The notes under the pieces are model-generated. The model was given only the letters and a program-made list of their open reading frames with translations. It was not told the origin of the DNA and searched no databases. From a virus (lineage: Duplodnaviria > Heunggongvirae > Uroviricota > Caudoviricetes), in IMG/VR virus record IMGVR_UViG_3300013132_000019: 64,000 bases of DNA; one strand, written 5' to 3'. Below are positions 28,877-38,215 of this stretch, piece by piece. Position 1 is the first letter of the stretch. Every line of letters begins with the position of its first letter. Both the position numbers and the translations under genes were made by a program.

Positions 28877-29749
28877 TTAACAAATTAATTCTTTAGATGT
28901 AATAGCTTTTAATTTTTTCAACACACCTTTCTCAATCTGTCTGATTCTCTCCCTTGTTAATGACATATCATCACACTCACTCACCTCTTTAAGTGTCATA
29001 GGTATGTTACCATCAAGACCATACCGTCTAACAATAATCGTCTTTTCGATTGGTTTCATGTTTTCCAATAAACCCATCAAATAATCACCATTATCCGAAT
29101 TATCCAAATAATCTTCTGGTGTCAATTCATCCGAATCAAATAATATATCATGATAAGTCGAGCTATCTTCATCATTACTAATTGGTGAATCCATGGAAGT
29201 GAAGCCAAGTTCAACCAAATCAATCATTATTTTTAGATTTTCAATTTCCTTATCTGTTGATGCGGACTCAATTAGGTCATATACCGTTACAGGTCTACCC
29301 AATTCCTGTTCCAAATCAGATAGTTGTCGTTTGACATTTCTAATATTATCAACCTTATTGATTGGTAATCTTACTGTTCTTGAATTATTAGATATGAATT
29401 GTCGTATATTACGAACAATCCAATATACCGCATAAGTAAAAAACTTATTACCCATCGTAGGGTCAAATTTTTCAGCAGCCTCAATCAAACCAATATTACC
29501 CTCATTAATCAAATCCTCAATGTAAACACCTTCGGTCATATATGATTTAGCCACAGTTATAACAAATCGTAGATTTCTACGTATTAACTCATTTTTAGCA
29601 TCTACATCACCAGCATATGCTTTATATGCACATTCAGCTTCAGCATCAGCACTTTCGAAAAGTTTAATGTTATATATATCTGAAAGATATTGTTTAAGTA
29701 CACCATCACGATTAGTGATGCGTTTTTCTGTTGTATACAGGTTCGCCAT
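28877..29749 (-). CDS. RNA polymerase sigma factor, sigma-70 family (290 aa)
   Basis: Region 2 NLRFVITVAKSY...DLINEGNIGLIEAAEKFDP...YAVYWIVRNI. Region 4 LTRERIRQIEKGVLKKLK. Confidence 0.75.
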   Translation of the reverse strand: MANLYTTEKRITNRDGVLKQYLSDIYNIKLFESADAEAECAYKAYAGDVDAKNELIRRNLRFVITVAKSYMTEGVYIEDLINEGNIGLIEAAEKFDPTMGNKFFTYAVYWIVRNIRQFISNNSRTVRLPINKVDNIRNVKRQLSDLEQELGRPVTVYDLIESASTDKEIENLKIMIDLVELGFTSMDSPISNDEDSSTYHDILFDSDELTPEDYLDNSDNGDYLMGLLENMKPIEKTIIVRRYGLDGNIPMTLKEVSECDDMSLTRERIRQIEKGVLKKLKAITSKELIC

Positions 29750-29793
29750 ATTAATTACGTTAATTGATTTTTAAATTATAAAACTAAGTTTGA

Positions 29794-30156
29794 TTATGCA
29801 AATATACAAAAAATAAGCCCGAAAAGCAAGCCAATTACGAAGGTTTTTATCGAAAACTTCTTCTTGTCTTTAAACTCACCAGAAACTAATAACGCTCCCC
29901 AGATTCTTTTGCTGGCACTCCCAATGAGTACTTTGTTAATATCACCATGAGCGTCAATAGTTTGCCGCAACGCCCCATTGATTTTTTTTAACTCTAATTG
30001 TCGTACTCTTTTAAGTTTATCAATCGTATCTAAATTATCCTTTTCATATTCATCAACAAAGGACAATATATCAGCTATATTTTTTGTATCTCCAGAAAGT
30101 AATTCAGTCAATGAATCTTGTAACTTTGACCTTCTGGATTTAAAACGCTTCACCAT
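29794..30156 (-). CDS. C-terminally membrane-anchored protein (120 aa)
   Basis: C-terminal hydrophobic helix IKTFVIGLLFGLIFCIFA. The sigma-factor promoter box lies inside its 3' end. Confidence 0.45.
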   Translation of the reverse strand: MVKRFKSRRSKLQDSLTELLSGDTKNIADILSFVDEYEKDNLDTIDKLKRVRQLELKKINGALRQTIDAHGDINKVLIGSASKRIWGALLVSGEFKDKKKFSIKTFVIGLLFGLIFCIFA

Positions 30157-30181
30157 ATCAATAAATATGGTGAACTTATTG

Positions 30182-30679
30182 TTAACGTTTTAAGTTATGG
30201 AAGGTTTCCAAGAATATTTCTTTTGATTGTTTTTGTGTCCAACAATCAAAATTATCATTACCCAACATGACGCCATTGAACTCAATATTTAACATCTTTG
30301 AATCAACCTCTTTGACCGAGTTATTCAATGGGTACTCAAAACCATATTTTTCACTTATGGTTTTCATTAACCTATCCTCCATAACCTTATATTCTGGTAA
30401 TAGATTCTTCAATGGTGTTGGTATATCCATAAGATACGCCTCAGAAGCATCGTGCAACAAAGCTTCCAACGCATATTTAGGTTCAATAATCTGAGAACAT
30501 AAAACCGAATGTTGTGCAATACTGTAGAATCTTGGTAGATGACCGCCAAATCTACATTGCATACTCAATGAATGTGCAATATCCTCAATATCAATCATAT
30601 CGACATCAGTATCGATGAAATTGAAATATTTCCCAGATGATGTCCTAATTGAATTAGGTACTAATAATAGTTTGTTCAT
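30182..30679 (-). CDS. HD-domain phosphohydrolase (YfbR-like 5'-deoxynucleotidase type), 165 aa
   Basis: H...HSVL...LLHDASEAY spacing is typical of the HD domain. Confidence 0.55.
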   Translation of the reverse strand: MNKLLLVPNSIRTSSGKYFNFIDTDVDMIDIEDIAHSLSMQCRFGGHLPRFYSIAQHSVLCSQIIEPKYALEALLHDASEAYLMDIPTPLKNLLPEYKVMEDRLMKTISEKYGFEYPLNNSVKEVDSKMLNIEFNGVMLGNDNFDCWTQKQSKEIFLETFHNLKR

Positions 30680-31179
30680 TATTTATTTTTTGGTTTAATT
30701 ACTACTATATATTTATTACCTTCAAAATTAGGTACATTTTCAGCAATACCATACTCTTCAACCTGAACGAGCAAATCCAATAGTATTTTTTGACCCTGTT
30801 CTTGATAATTCATTTCCCGACCCTTAAAGGTTACATAGGCTTTAACTTTATGACCTTTTTCGAGAAACTTTATGACATGATTTAACTTAAATTTAAGGTC
30901 ATTCTCATCAGTATTTGGTGTATACCGCATTTCCTTTATAGGTTTAGGTTTACTCTTTGGTTTATTCTTTTCCTTATTATATTGGAATTTGCTGTAATCC
31001 ATAATCTTACAGATAACGGGTTTTGTACTATCACTCATAAGTACAAGGTCCATACCCATATCTTCAGCTAATTGCATTGCCGATTCAATTGTCATTATAC
31101 CATCTTTAGTACTATCAACATTGTCACCGACCAACCTAACGGTTTTAAATTTAATTTCTTCGTTTATCTTATTAGACAT
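30679..31179 (-). CDS. infC: translation initiation factor IF-3 homologue (166 aa)
   Basis: Aligns along its length with bacterial IF3: VRLVGDN...ESAMQLAEDMGMDLVLMS...KPVICKIMDYSKFQY...YTPNTDENDLKFKLNHVIKFLEKGHKVKAYVTFKGREM. Confidence 0.8.
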   Translation of the reverse strand: MSNKINEEIKFKTVRLVGDNVDSTKDGIMTIESAMQLAEDMGMDLVLMSDSTKPVICKIMDYSKFQYNKEKNKPKSKPKPIKEMRYTPNTDENDLKFKLNHVIKFLEKGHKVKAYVTFKGREMNYQEQGQKILLDLLVQVEEYGIAENVPNFEGNKYIVVIKPKNK

Positions 31180-31233
31180 TATTTGATTTTTTTGTTCGAT
31201 ACAAATTTAAGAAAAAAATATTAACTGACAAAA

Positions 31234-32814
31234 TTATTTTAGCGTTGTATATTCCAAACCATTGTCTGTCTGAAATAATACGATGTGTTGAAACTTTCCC
31301 AACCTATTAACAATACCATGAGCTTGTACCCATGTTGACGCTCCGCGCACATATCTTAAATTCAAATATGTGCTTGTACCAACACTTACAGCACCACCAA
31401 CCCTACCAATAGTGTGTGAATGTCCAGTAACAGTCTTTGTAGCCAATTTACTGAATTGATTTATACTACCTCTGCTACCAGAAGCACCCAAATGACCATG
31501 ATTTGACATCAAATAACCTTTAACTGAAATATTATCGTCATAACCTAAACATTTCATTTTAGGGTAATTTAAATTGATGATGTATGGTACGATACCATTT
31601 TTAGCTTTACCATTCAACTTAGCCAATGAATACTCCATATATGGAATCGCATTTTTAAATGTATTCATTTTACGCCAATCAGTTTCGTTGAGGAATTTAT
31701 CAATATGTTCATCATGATTAGAACGAACAATATATGTATCAAAAGGTTCCAATGGTTTTAACCATTCAATCATTTCATTAATCTCTTCAGATAAATCATT
31801 TCTACCAGAAGCTTCAAGTTCATGCTGTAAAAACGGGTCTTTAAGATTATGGTGTGAAATACTTTCACTATCTATTATATCATGAATAAAAACCTTCTTA
31901 GGTGGTAGTTTTTTAAAAATGTCATTAAACGTTATATTTGTAACATTAGGGTCACAATTTCTAACATGAATGTCACCCAAAGCTATTGCCTCAACACCAC
32001 TTTCCGCTGATACCACACCGTCTTTAACTCCATAAAACAAATCAATGAATTCACCAGTTCTATCATTTGCTGAAACTTGTCTAAAAAAGAAAGTGTTATC
32101 ATCCTTTATTTCAACAATGGCAAAACCATATGTGTGATGAAATTCACCCTTCTTACCAGCTTTTGAATCAGTATAGTTTGGTTTCGTTACAGCACCAGTT
32201 GTAAACATTATTTTTGGTTTGGTCGTATCCATTACTGGAACAGTTTTTAGTTCCAATCTCGGATGTCCAACAACACAAGAATGGTCACCTGTCATACCCT
32301 CAAGCCCTTGAAGTGGTTGTGAAGCTGTGGGTTGAATCTTAACATCTGATAATACCGAAACCCTATTATTTAAATCGTGTCGATTTAACGTTAAATATTT
32401 AGTTATTGATGAATCCCACCAATCATCAGCCTCTTGATTAATTGTGAATACGCTGGTCGGATTCTTATATCTAAACGGTATAACTAAAATTTCAGCATCT
32501 AAAAATTCAGCATACGATTCCATATTGGTTAAGAATTGTCTATGAACCTTTGTAGCGTTTTGTGCCGAAGTAATTAGAAATATCTTTTTTGATTGGTCAT
32601 GTTCACGCTTTTTGGCCATCGAAAGTACTTCAGGTTCAACAACCGTTGGTGTTTTGGATAAACCTAATTTAATTAACCATTTTCTAGTGGTTCTTTCACT
32701 TATACCAGCAAAAGTCTTAATCTTATCAATTCTATCATCCCACGACATGTCTTTATTGAGAAAAATGTCTTTGATGTTATCGATATCATTATCTGTTAAG
32801 TCTTTAAATTTCAT
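31234..32814 (-). CDS. large metallophosphoesterase-domain protein with an N-terminal HTH-like region (526 aa)
   Basis: Calcineurin-like motifs GDIHV, NHDEH and GHSHT in the C-terminal half. ISERTTRKWLIKLGL near the N-terminus. Confidence 0.5.
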   Translation of the reverse strand: MKFKDLTDNDIDNIKDIFLNKDMSWDDRIDKIKTFAGISERTTRKWLIKLGLSKTPTVVEPEVLSMAKKREHDQSKKIFLITSAQNATKVHRQFLTNMESYAEFLDAEILVIPFRYKNPTSVFTINQEADDWWDSSITKYLTLNRHDLNNRVSVLSDVKIQPTASQPLQGLEGMTGDHSCVVGHPRLELKTVPVMDTTKPKIMFTTGAVTKPNYTDSKAGKKGEFHHTYGFAIVEIKDDNTFFFRQVSANDRTGEFIDLFYGVKDGVVSAESGVEAIALGDIHVRNCDPNVTNITFNDIFKKLPPKKVFIHDIIDSESISHHNLKDPFLQHELEASGRNDLSEEINEMIEWLKPLEPFDTYIVRSNHDEHIDKFLNETDWRKMNTFKNAIPYMEYSLAKLNGKAKNGIVPYIINLNYPKMKCLGYDDNISVKGYLMSNHGHLGASGSRGSINQFSKLATKTVTGHSHTIGRVGGAVSVGTSTYLNLRYVRGASTWVQAHGIVNRLGKFQHIVLFQTDNGLEYTTLK

Positions 32815-32828
32815 GCAATTTTTTTTCC

Positions 32829-33887
32829 TTATTTGTTATTTTGAATACGGCTTAAACTAATTCCGTAATCGTTTGCAAGTATCGCTTTACCAATTTCTGA
32901 CGCAACACTTATTGTCCTTAATTTATTATGCTTTACCACATTCAATGAATTTGAACCCATCACATACGTTAATGAAGATTTTTCAATTCTATCAACGGCA
33001 TTACCACTTAAAATCAAATGAGTTGTCACAGCGGATACGCTTTTCGCGCCCAATTCAATCATTTTGTCAGCGTTGGCACATAAGGTTCCAGCCGTATCAC
33101 ACATATCATCCAATAAGATTACATTTTTATCCTTAACATCACCAATTATTATAACCTCATCAACTTTATTGTCCTCAACTCTGTTCTTATGCGCGAATAC
33201 AAATGGTAAATTAACACCGTATTTATCCCTAATGCGATTCTGCATTTTAACAACACGTTTACCACCACCAGCATCAGTAGCAGCCAATACAACATCACCT
33301 AATCTGGCGTGTTCATTATGAATGAATTCAGTAAACAAATATTGACCCTTGATGTTTGTAACTGGAATATCAAAAAAACCTTCAATCTGGTCGGCATGTA
33401 ACTCCATCGTAATTATACCTGTTGCACCCAACATCTCTAATTTCTTAGCCAATACCTTAGCACCAATTGAACCTCTGTGTTGGTCTCTTTTATCTTGACG
33501 TGAGTATGGAAAATACGGTAATATCGGTATAATCTCATGCGCTGATGCTCGTCTTGCAGCATCAATGGCAAACTCCAACTTAATTATTTCATCAGAATTA
33601 ATCGGTGTTGTTAATAGATAAACCTTTTTACCTCGTATTGACTTATTAAAATCAACGTTCAATTCCCCATCAGAGAATTTTCTATTGGTCATTTCACCAA
33701 CAGAAATCGGTTCTGTGAAACCATTACCAGTAAAGTCAACAATTTCTCTCAATAGGTCAAGCCTACCATCGACAGAGAATATAATAGAATTAGTCTTTTC
33801 CATGTATTTTTTTAACAGTATATTTCCAACCAGAGTCCGAATTGACTTCGAATAATTGAGCCATCTTATTGGCTGATTCATAATCAT
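32829..33887 (-). CDS. prs: ribose-phosphate pyrophosphokinase (PRPP synthetase); the probable true start is the MEKTNSII Met at 33803
   Basis: FSDGELNV, PYFPYSRQDKR, ELHADQIEGFFDIPV and IIGDVKDKNVILLDDMCDTAGTL match Prs signatures (PRPP-binding loop DDM.DT.GT). The internal start removes the overlap with 33790..34002. Confidence 0.85.
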   Translation of the reverse strand: MIMNQPIRWLNYSKSIRTLVGNILLKKYMEKTNSIIFSVDGRLDLLREIVDFTGNGFTEPISVGEMTNRKFSDGELNVDFNKSIRGKKVYLLTTPINSDEIIKLEFAIDAARRASAHEIIPILPYFPYSRQDKRDQHRGSIGAKVLAKKLEMLGATGIITMELHADQIEGFFDIPVTNIKGQYLFTEFIHNEHARLGDVVLAATDAGGGKRVVKMQNRIRDKYGVNLPFVFAHKNRVEDNKVDEVIIIGDVKDKNVILLDDMCDTAGTLCANADKMIELGAKSVSAVTTHLILSGNAVDRIEKSSLTYVMGSNSLNVVKHNKLRTISVASEIGKAILANDYGISLSRIQNNK

Positions 33888-34002
33888 CGAACTCCATCAC
33901 TTCACTTAAACCATCCAATAAGATAATTGGTACTGTAACGCCAAATTGATTCTTAGTGTTCTTGATAATAATATAACTTTCCTTCATCCTACAAATTAAC
34001 AA
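33790..34002 (-). CDS. hypothetical small protein (70 aa)
   Basis: ORF. Plausible only if prs starts at 33803. Confidence 0.3.
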   Translation of the reverse strand: MLICRMKESYIIIKNTKNQFGVTVPIILLDGLSEVMEFDDYESANKMAQLFEVNSDSGWKYTVKKIHGKD

Positions 34003-34008
34003 ATTATT

Positions 34009-34359
34009 TTAATAGTTTACAACTGTTACCTTAATATTTTTTTCGCTGGCTAAATTAATCATATGGTTTGTTCCCTTTGATTTTTCATCCCAGAACGCTA
34101 TCAGTGCATCAGCATAATCAGCCATTTCAGCATTCCGCTTATAACCTGCACTTTTACCGAATTTATCCCATTGTGCCGCAAACTCTTTAACTGGGTATCC
34201 TCGTTCCTTAGCATATCTAAGACCTAACGAATCCGCACCTTTGGCTAAACCAGAGACAATCTCAATCTCTGATTGTTGCGATAACATATGGTCACAGGTT
34301 TTGCAGAGTAATTCGTAATTATCGAAATCTCTACCACCAGCAATAATAACTTTAAACAT
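34009..34359 (-). CDS. SLOG-superfamily protein (DUF2493/YspA-like), 116 aa
   Basis: IIAGGRDF...SGLAKGADSLGLRYAKERGY...FAAQWDKFGKSAGYKRNAEMA...ALIAFW is the DprA/LOG-like Rossmann signature. Confidence 0.5.
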   Translation of the reverse strand: MFKVIIAGGRDFDNYELLCKTCDHMLSQQSEIEIVSGLAKGADSLGLRYAKERGYPVKEFAAQWDKFGKSAGYKRNAEMADYADALIAFWDEKSKGTNHMINLASEKNIKVTVVNY

Positions 34360-34718
34360 TACTTCGGACTATAAGGTTTCCAACCTAATCTATCGTGATA
34401 CTTTCTCTTATAGTGTCCAGTTTCAAAAGTACCTAAAGATAATACAATCTCCAGAGCATTAGGTAACTCTTTGAATAACTCAAAGTATTCTTCTTCCTTA
34501 GCTTCACTCAATGGTTTATATTCGCCCATTGGGTCAAAATCTTCTGGCTTACCGTTTAAAATTATATCGATATCCTCATAAAGATTACTACCACCAAACG
34601 GTGAATTAAAACCATATTCATCCGTTACAGTAATATTATAATCCCTATCCATTCTAAACCTCAAAGCTTTCATAAGCTTTATATGCTCATCCTTCAATTC
34701 AAATTTTATTACACTCAT
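34359..34718 (-). CDS. hypothetical protein (119 aa)
   Basis: ORF. Confidence 0.45.
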   Translation of the reverse strand: MSVIKFELKDEHIKLMKALRFRMDRDYNITVTDEYGFNSPFGGSNLYEDIDIILNGKPEDFDPMGEYKPLSEAKEEEYFELFKELPNALEIVLSLGTFETGHYKRKYHDRLGWKPYSPK

Positions 34719-35149
34719 ATTAATCGTTTTTTTAAAAAATTATTTAATTCAGTCCAATCAGTTTCAGCATCAAAACCAGCTTTATCATCCATCAGGACAT
34801 TATAATATGGTTTCTTATCATAACAACCATAACCATTTAGATTGGTCGTTACTTCAGAATTTTCGTTTATATAGTCCCATTTAATTCCCAAACCATCAAA
34901 AAACCTAATGTATTCATCAATCTCATGTGGATGACTACAGGTATACATTATTATTTTAACATCCTTAGCTTCTTGAAGCATTTTAAGCCCCTCTAACGCA
35001 CCATCATACATTTCTGTTGGTATGTTACCATATTGGTAGTTTGGTTTAATTAACGTTGAATGTAGGTCAATAAACACATAAATATATGGCCATTGTTTGC
35101 GTTCCATTTCTTTGAACGCATTAATAAATGCTTTAACGACTGCTATCAT
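34715..35149 (-). CDS. HAD/NIF-like hydrolase-fold protein with a degenerate DLHSTL motif (144 aa)
   Basis: FIDLHSTL resembles the NIF/HAD motif I LDLDETL, with the second Asp replaced by His. Confidence 0.3.
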   Translation of the reverse strand: MIAVVKAFINAFKEMERKQWPYIYVFIDLHSTLIKPNYQYGNIPTEMYDGALEGLKMLQEAKDVKIIMYTCSHPHEIDEYIRFFDGLGIKWDYINENSEVTTNLNGYGCYDKKPYYNVLMDDKAGFDAETDWTELNNFLKKRLI

Positions 35150-35475
35150 AATTTCTCTTCTATTACCTTTTTAATAACATCACCATGACAATCTTTTGGC
35201 TTGCAAAAACAAACCAAATTAACATCACCAAGTTTAGCCATTTTGTGAATCTTATTCAATTCTTGACAAATATAGTTATTTTTATTTGAAATTGCAAGCC
35301 TTAAATAATTTTCGTAACTTTCGATAGCTTCTTCACGAGAAGCGCATTGAAATTCAGCCTTTGTCGCTTCAAGTTTTTTAGAACCTGTGAATGGATTACC
35401 TAAAGGTGAACCTCTACCAATGTATACATCGTTATCAGTCGGTTGATGTTTGTACTTGTTAACTACATTAATCAT
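35146..35475 (-). CDS. DUF4326-family protein (109 aa)
   Basis: YIGRGSPLGNPF...C.C.P..CHGDVI signature. Confidence 0.45.
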   Translation of the reverse strand: MINVVNKYKHQPTDNDVYIGRGSPLGNPFTGSKKLEATKAEFQCASREEAIESYENYLRLAISNKNNYICQELNKIHKMAKLGDVNLVCFCKPKDCHGDVIKKVIEEKL

Positions 35476-35634
35476 TATGGTTTTTTGTTACCTTTGATTC
35501 AAGTTCATCGTTAATCTTTTTAGACATTGAACGAAGAGCTTCTGCTATGTCATTATCCGACATATGTTCAATTAAATGTTCAGCCTTAACTTCTTTAATT
35601 AGGTCTTTGTATTGTTGGACTAACCGATTATCAC

Positions 35635-37293
35635 TCATGACAGTTCAAACTCACTAACAACTAATTTAGCGTTTTCACGCACTTGTTCAAAAGTATAATT
35701 TTTAAGTATTTTACCATTTTCGAAAACTGGCACCAATTCATCGGTGGCTTCTTCAAAACCCTCATCATTTGATGTTAGGGTATAGTAAGAACCGTCTTGG
35801 TCTTTAACCAACTTCAATTGTCCAGACTTAGATTTCTTAAACGATTGTACTTCGTTGAAGTTTTCGTCAATCTCGATAGGACTTTTTGCAACATCAATTT
35901 CCTTACCATCAATAATACTAAAACAACATTTCGTGGCGAAATTTTGAGTATCTCGGTCTATACCAGCTTGCAGCAGTTTACCACCCATCCCAAATACAAT
36001 ATTTTCCGCTGAAATTTTCCTTTCTTTCATCATTTCATATACACCAGCAATGCTATCAATATTAACACCATCCCCTTGAATTATTCGCACTTGTGGTGGT
36101 AACACCTTAAATCCTTTACTGTTTGTTGTATATCCGAAAGTTTCAAATAACGAATCGAACACCATAATCAATGTGTTAATTACATGACCACTATCAGGTC
36201 TTATAACCAATTGATTAGCTGGTTCATTTGGTCTACTCAAAATTTCAGCTTTTAGCTCTTTACCCCATAGATTCTTAACAGCATTCATAATACCAAAGGT
36301 ATCAGAGACACAAGCAACAATACCAGTTGGGTATTTTTCTAACACTCTTCGCATCATATCGACTTCACCTTCTTTACCAAGCAACGTCATAATAGAATGC
36401 TCTGTGGCTGGAACTGATTGCCCATAAACAGTATCCGTATCATAATACTCGCATATTAATCTAGATGCTGCCGTAGTATCTGAACCCCTAAAGTTAACAA
36501 GGTGTGCGGACCCACCAATTTCTGCTGACTGTACGCTTGAAACACCTCTAAAACCAAAGTCATTCAGTACATATTCCATTAAGAATTCTTTGGTTTCGGA
36601 ATCAAAATCCGTTGTTTCATCCCAAGCATTATTAACAATCTTTTTAACTTCCCTTGATAAAGTTGCGACTGTAATTGGATACCAAACCTGCAAAATCAAA
36701 GTCTCCAAGAAATTTGTTAACCATGAACATTTTGGGTCAGTATTCTCAATATATAAAAGCACATTCTTAACCCCAACAACTGAACCTTCGGGAACTGCCT
36801 TTATTTTAATTGGTAATCTACCACCATGATGTTCAACAATATAATCAAATTTGGTTCTATCAAAAACATCTTCTCTACCAAACACACCATGTACAGTACC
36901 CAAATAATCATAAGCCTCATCGACATCTTCTCTTGTTATCGCAACACCCTCAAGATATTGTTTCATAAACCATTGGAGTCCGTAGAATACCGTTTCATTG
37001 AATTTACCACCCCTTGATTCCAGATATGAACCCATTTTTGTCATACCATCTGGATAAAACTTATGGTGTGAATATTTATAAGCATCACCCAATAATACTA
37101 AATTATGTGGTTTATCTAAATATTTCTGTAACATGTCATTAAGTTCCAACATGTCACCATAATTACCTGATTTTAACGCTTGTTTAAGCTGTCTTTTAAT
37201 TTCTCTTTTTAAACTCATAATGTATTTTTTTTTAATTGTGAAATCTAGTTGATGTGAAAAACGCATCCAAAAATTTAATATGTTCTGGTACAA
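35635..37293 (-). CDS. nadV: nicotinamide phosphoribosyltransferase (NAMPT/NadV); the probable true start is MSLKRE at 37218
   Basis: Extensive identity with NAMPT: ETVFYGLQWFMKQYL, KIKAVPEGSVV, NTDPKCSWLTNFLETLILQVWYPITVAT, IRPDSGH, RIIQGDGV. Confidence 0.9.
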   Translation of the reverse strand: MYQNILNFWMRFSHQLDFTIKKKYIMSLKREIKRQLKQALKSGNYGDMLELNDMLQKYLDKPHNLVLLGDAYKYSHHKFYPDGMTKMGSYLESRGGKFNETVFYGLQWFMKQYLEGVAITREDVDEAYDYLGTVHGVFGREDVFDRTKFDYIVEHHGGRLPIKIKAVPEGSVVGVKNVLLYIENTDPKCSWLTNFLETLILQVWYPITVATLSREVKKIVNNAWDETTDFDSETKEFLMEYVLNDFGFRGVSSVQSAEIGGSAHLVNFRGSDTTAASRLICEYYDTDTVYGQSVPATEHSIMTLLGKEGEVDMMRRVLEKYPTGIVACVSDTFGIMNAVKNLWGKELKAEILSRPNEPANQLVIRPDSGHVINTLIMVFDSLFETFGYTTNSKGFKVLPPQVRIIQGDGVNIDSIAGVYEMMKERKISAENIVFGMGGKLLQAGIDRDTQNFATKCCFSIIDGKEIDVAKSPIEIDENFNEVQSFKKSKSGQLKLVKDQDGSYYTLTSNDEGFEEATDELVPVFENGKILKNYTFEQVRENAKLVVSEFELS

Positions 37294-38173
37294 TTATATC
37301 TCTACGATAATCATAAGTTAATTCATCGGTTGTGAACCATTTAACAGCATGAATATCGTCATTTGGTTTTGGTGTGCCGAATACATATTTGCATTTGAAT
37401 ACCGTGGTCATAATTCCATCCTCACACCCATTATATCTCCAATCGTCAACTTGACCACTGGTGACATATTCCATGTTACCAACTTCAATTTGACCAACCT
37501 CTTCAAACAATTCCCTTTTAGCCGCAGCTTCCCAATTACTATCTGTTCGGTCAACAAAACCACCCACCATTCGCCATTTGGTTTCGTTTGGTTTTTGCGC
37601 CAATAAGATTTTACCACCGCCTTCGGGGTTAATTTGATATGGTATAATGTCAACTGTAGGGTAAGTCACTGGATATCTATCATAAGTGGCATGAATCACG
37701 CCAGCCCTCCAATCCTCAGAAGCCCCAATCTCTTCAGAAATTAATTTCCTTGCTTGAGTACCTGAGTAAAATATATCAGTAATTAATTCTGTGGTGTCAA
37801 ATCTACCAGAATAATGACTTATAAATGAGTCTCTTGAACCATAAAGAAGGAACTTTTGATTACCGTATGGTTGTGTAACTAGATTGTCAAGTTGCTTACT
37901 CCAATCGGAATCACTTCGCATATCCTGTAATGGCAGTATTACAATATTAGGATATTCTTCTTGAATCATCAACTTCCTTGCAGCAAACGGTAATGGATTG
38001 CTTTTTGAACCAGATTTTCTAGGTACACCAAGAAAGATAACCACTTTTTTATGATGACTAACAACCTTATCAATTAAGGCTCTATGACCGTCATGAAGCT
38101 TCGCAACTTGAAATCTACCAACTAAAACGCCACAGGTATATTCTTCTGGATTGACTACAGTTTTTATTTGCAT
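37232..38173 (-). CDS. bifunctional NMN adenylyltransferase / Nudix hydrolase (NadM-Nudix, NatV-like), 313 aa
   Basis: N-terminal cytidylyltransferase motif GVLVGRFQVAKLHDGH. C-terminal Nudix box GGFVDRTDSNWEAAAKRELFEEVG. Confidence 0.8.
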   Translation of the reverse strand: MQIKTVVNPEEYTCGVLVGRFQVAKLHDGHRALIDKVVSHHKKVVIFLGVPRKSGSKSNPLPFAARKLMIQEEYPNIVILPLQDMRSDSDWSKQLDNLVTQPYGNQKFLLYGSRDSFISHYSGRFDTTELITDIFYSGTQARKLISEEIGASEDWRAGVIHATYDRYPVTYPTVDIIPYQINPEGGGKILLAQKPNETKWRMVGGFVDRTDSNWEAAAKRELFEEVGQIEVGNMEYVTSGQVDDWRYNGCEDGIMTTVFKCKYVFGTPKPNDDIHAVKWFTTDELTYDYRRDIIVPEHIKFLDAFFTSTRFHN

Positions 38174-38190
38174 ATTTTTATTTTTTTTTA

Positions 38191-38198
38191 CAAATATA
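38191..38198 (-). promoter_or_regulatory. -7 promoter box TATATTTG upstream of the NMNAT-Nudix / NAMPT genes
   Basis: ttacaaatatagtaat, 18 nt upstream of the ATG. Confidence 0.45.
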
Positions 38199-38215
38199 GT
38201 AATTTTTTCTTTAAC

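Noticed and set aside
33790-34002. Treating 32829..33887 as the full prs gene with a 98-nt overlap onto ORF 33790..34002.
   Set aside because: Alignment with bacterial Prs begins at the internal MEKTNSII (33803). The 5' extension is probably an artefact of longest-ORF calling. The extended coordinates are kept in the feature table only for traceability.
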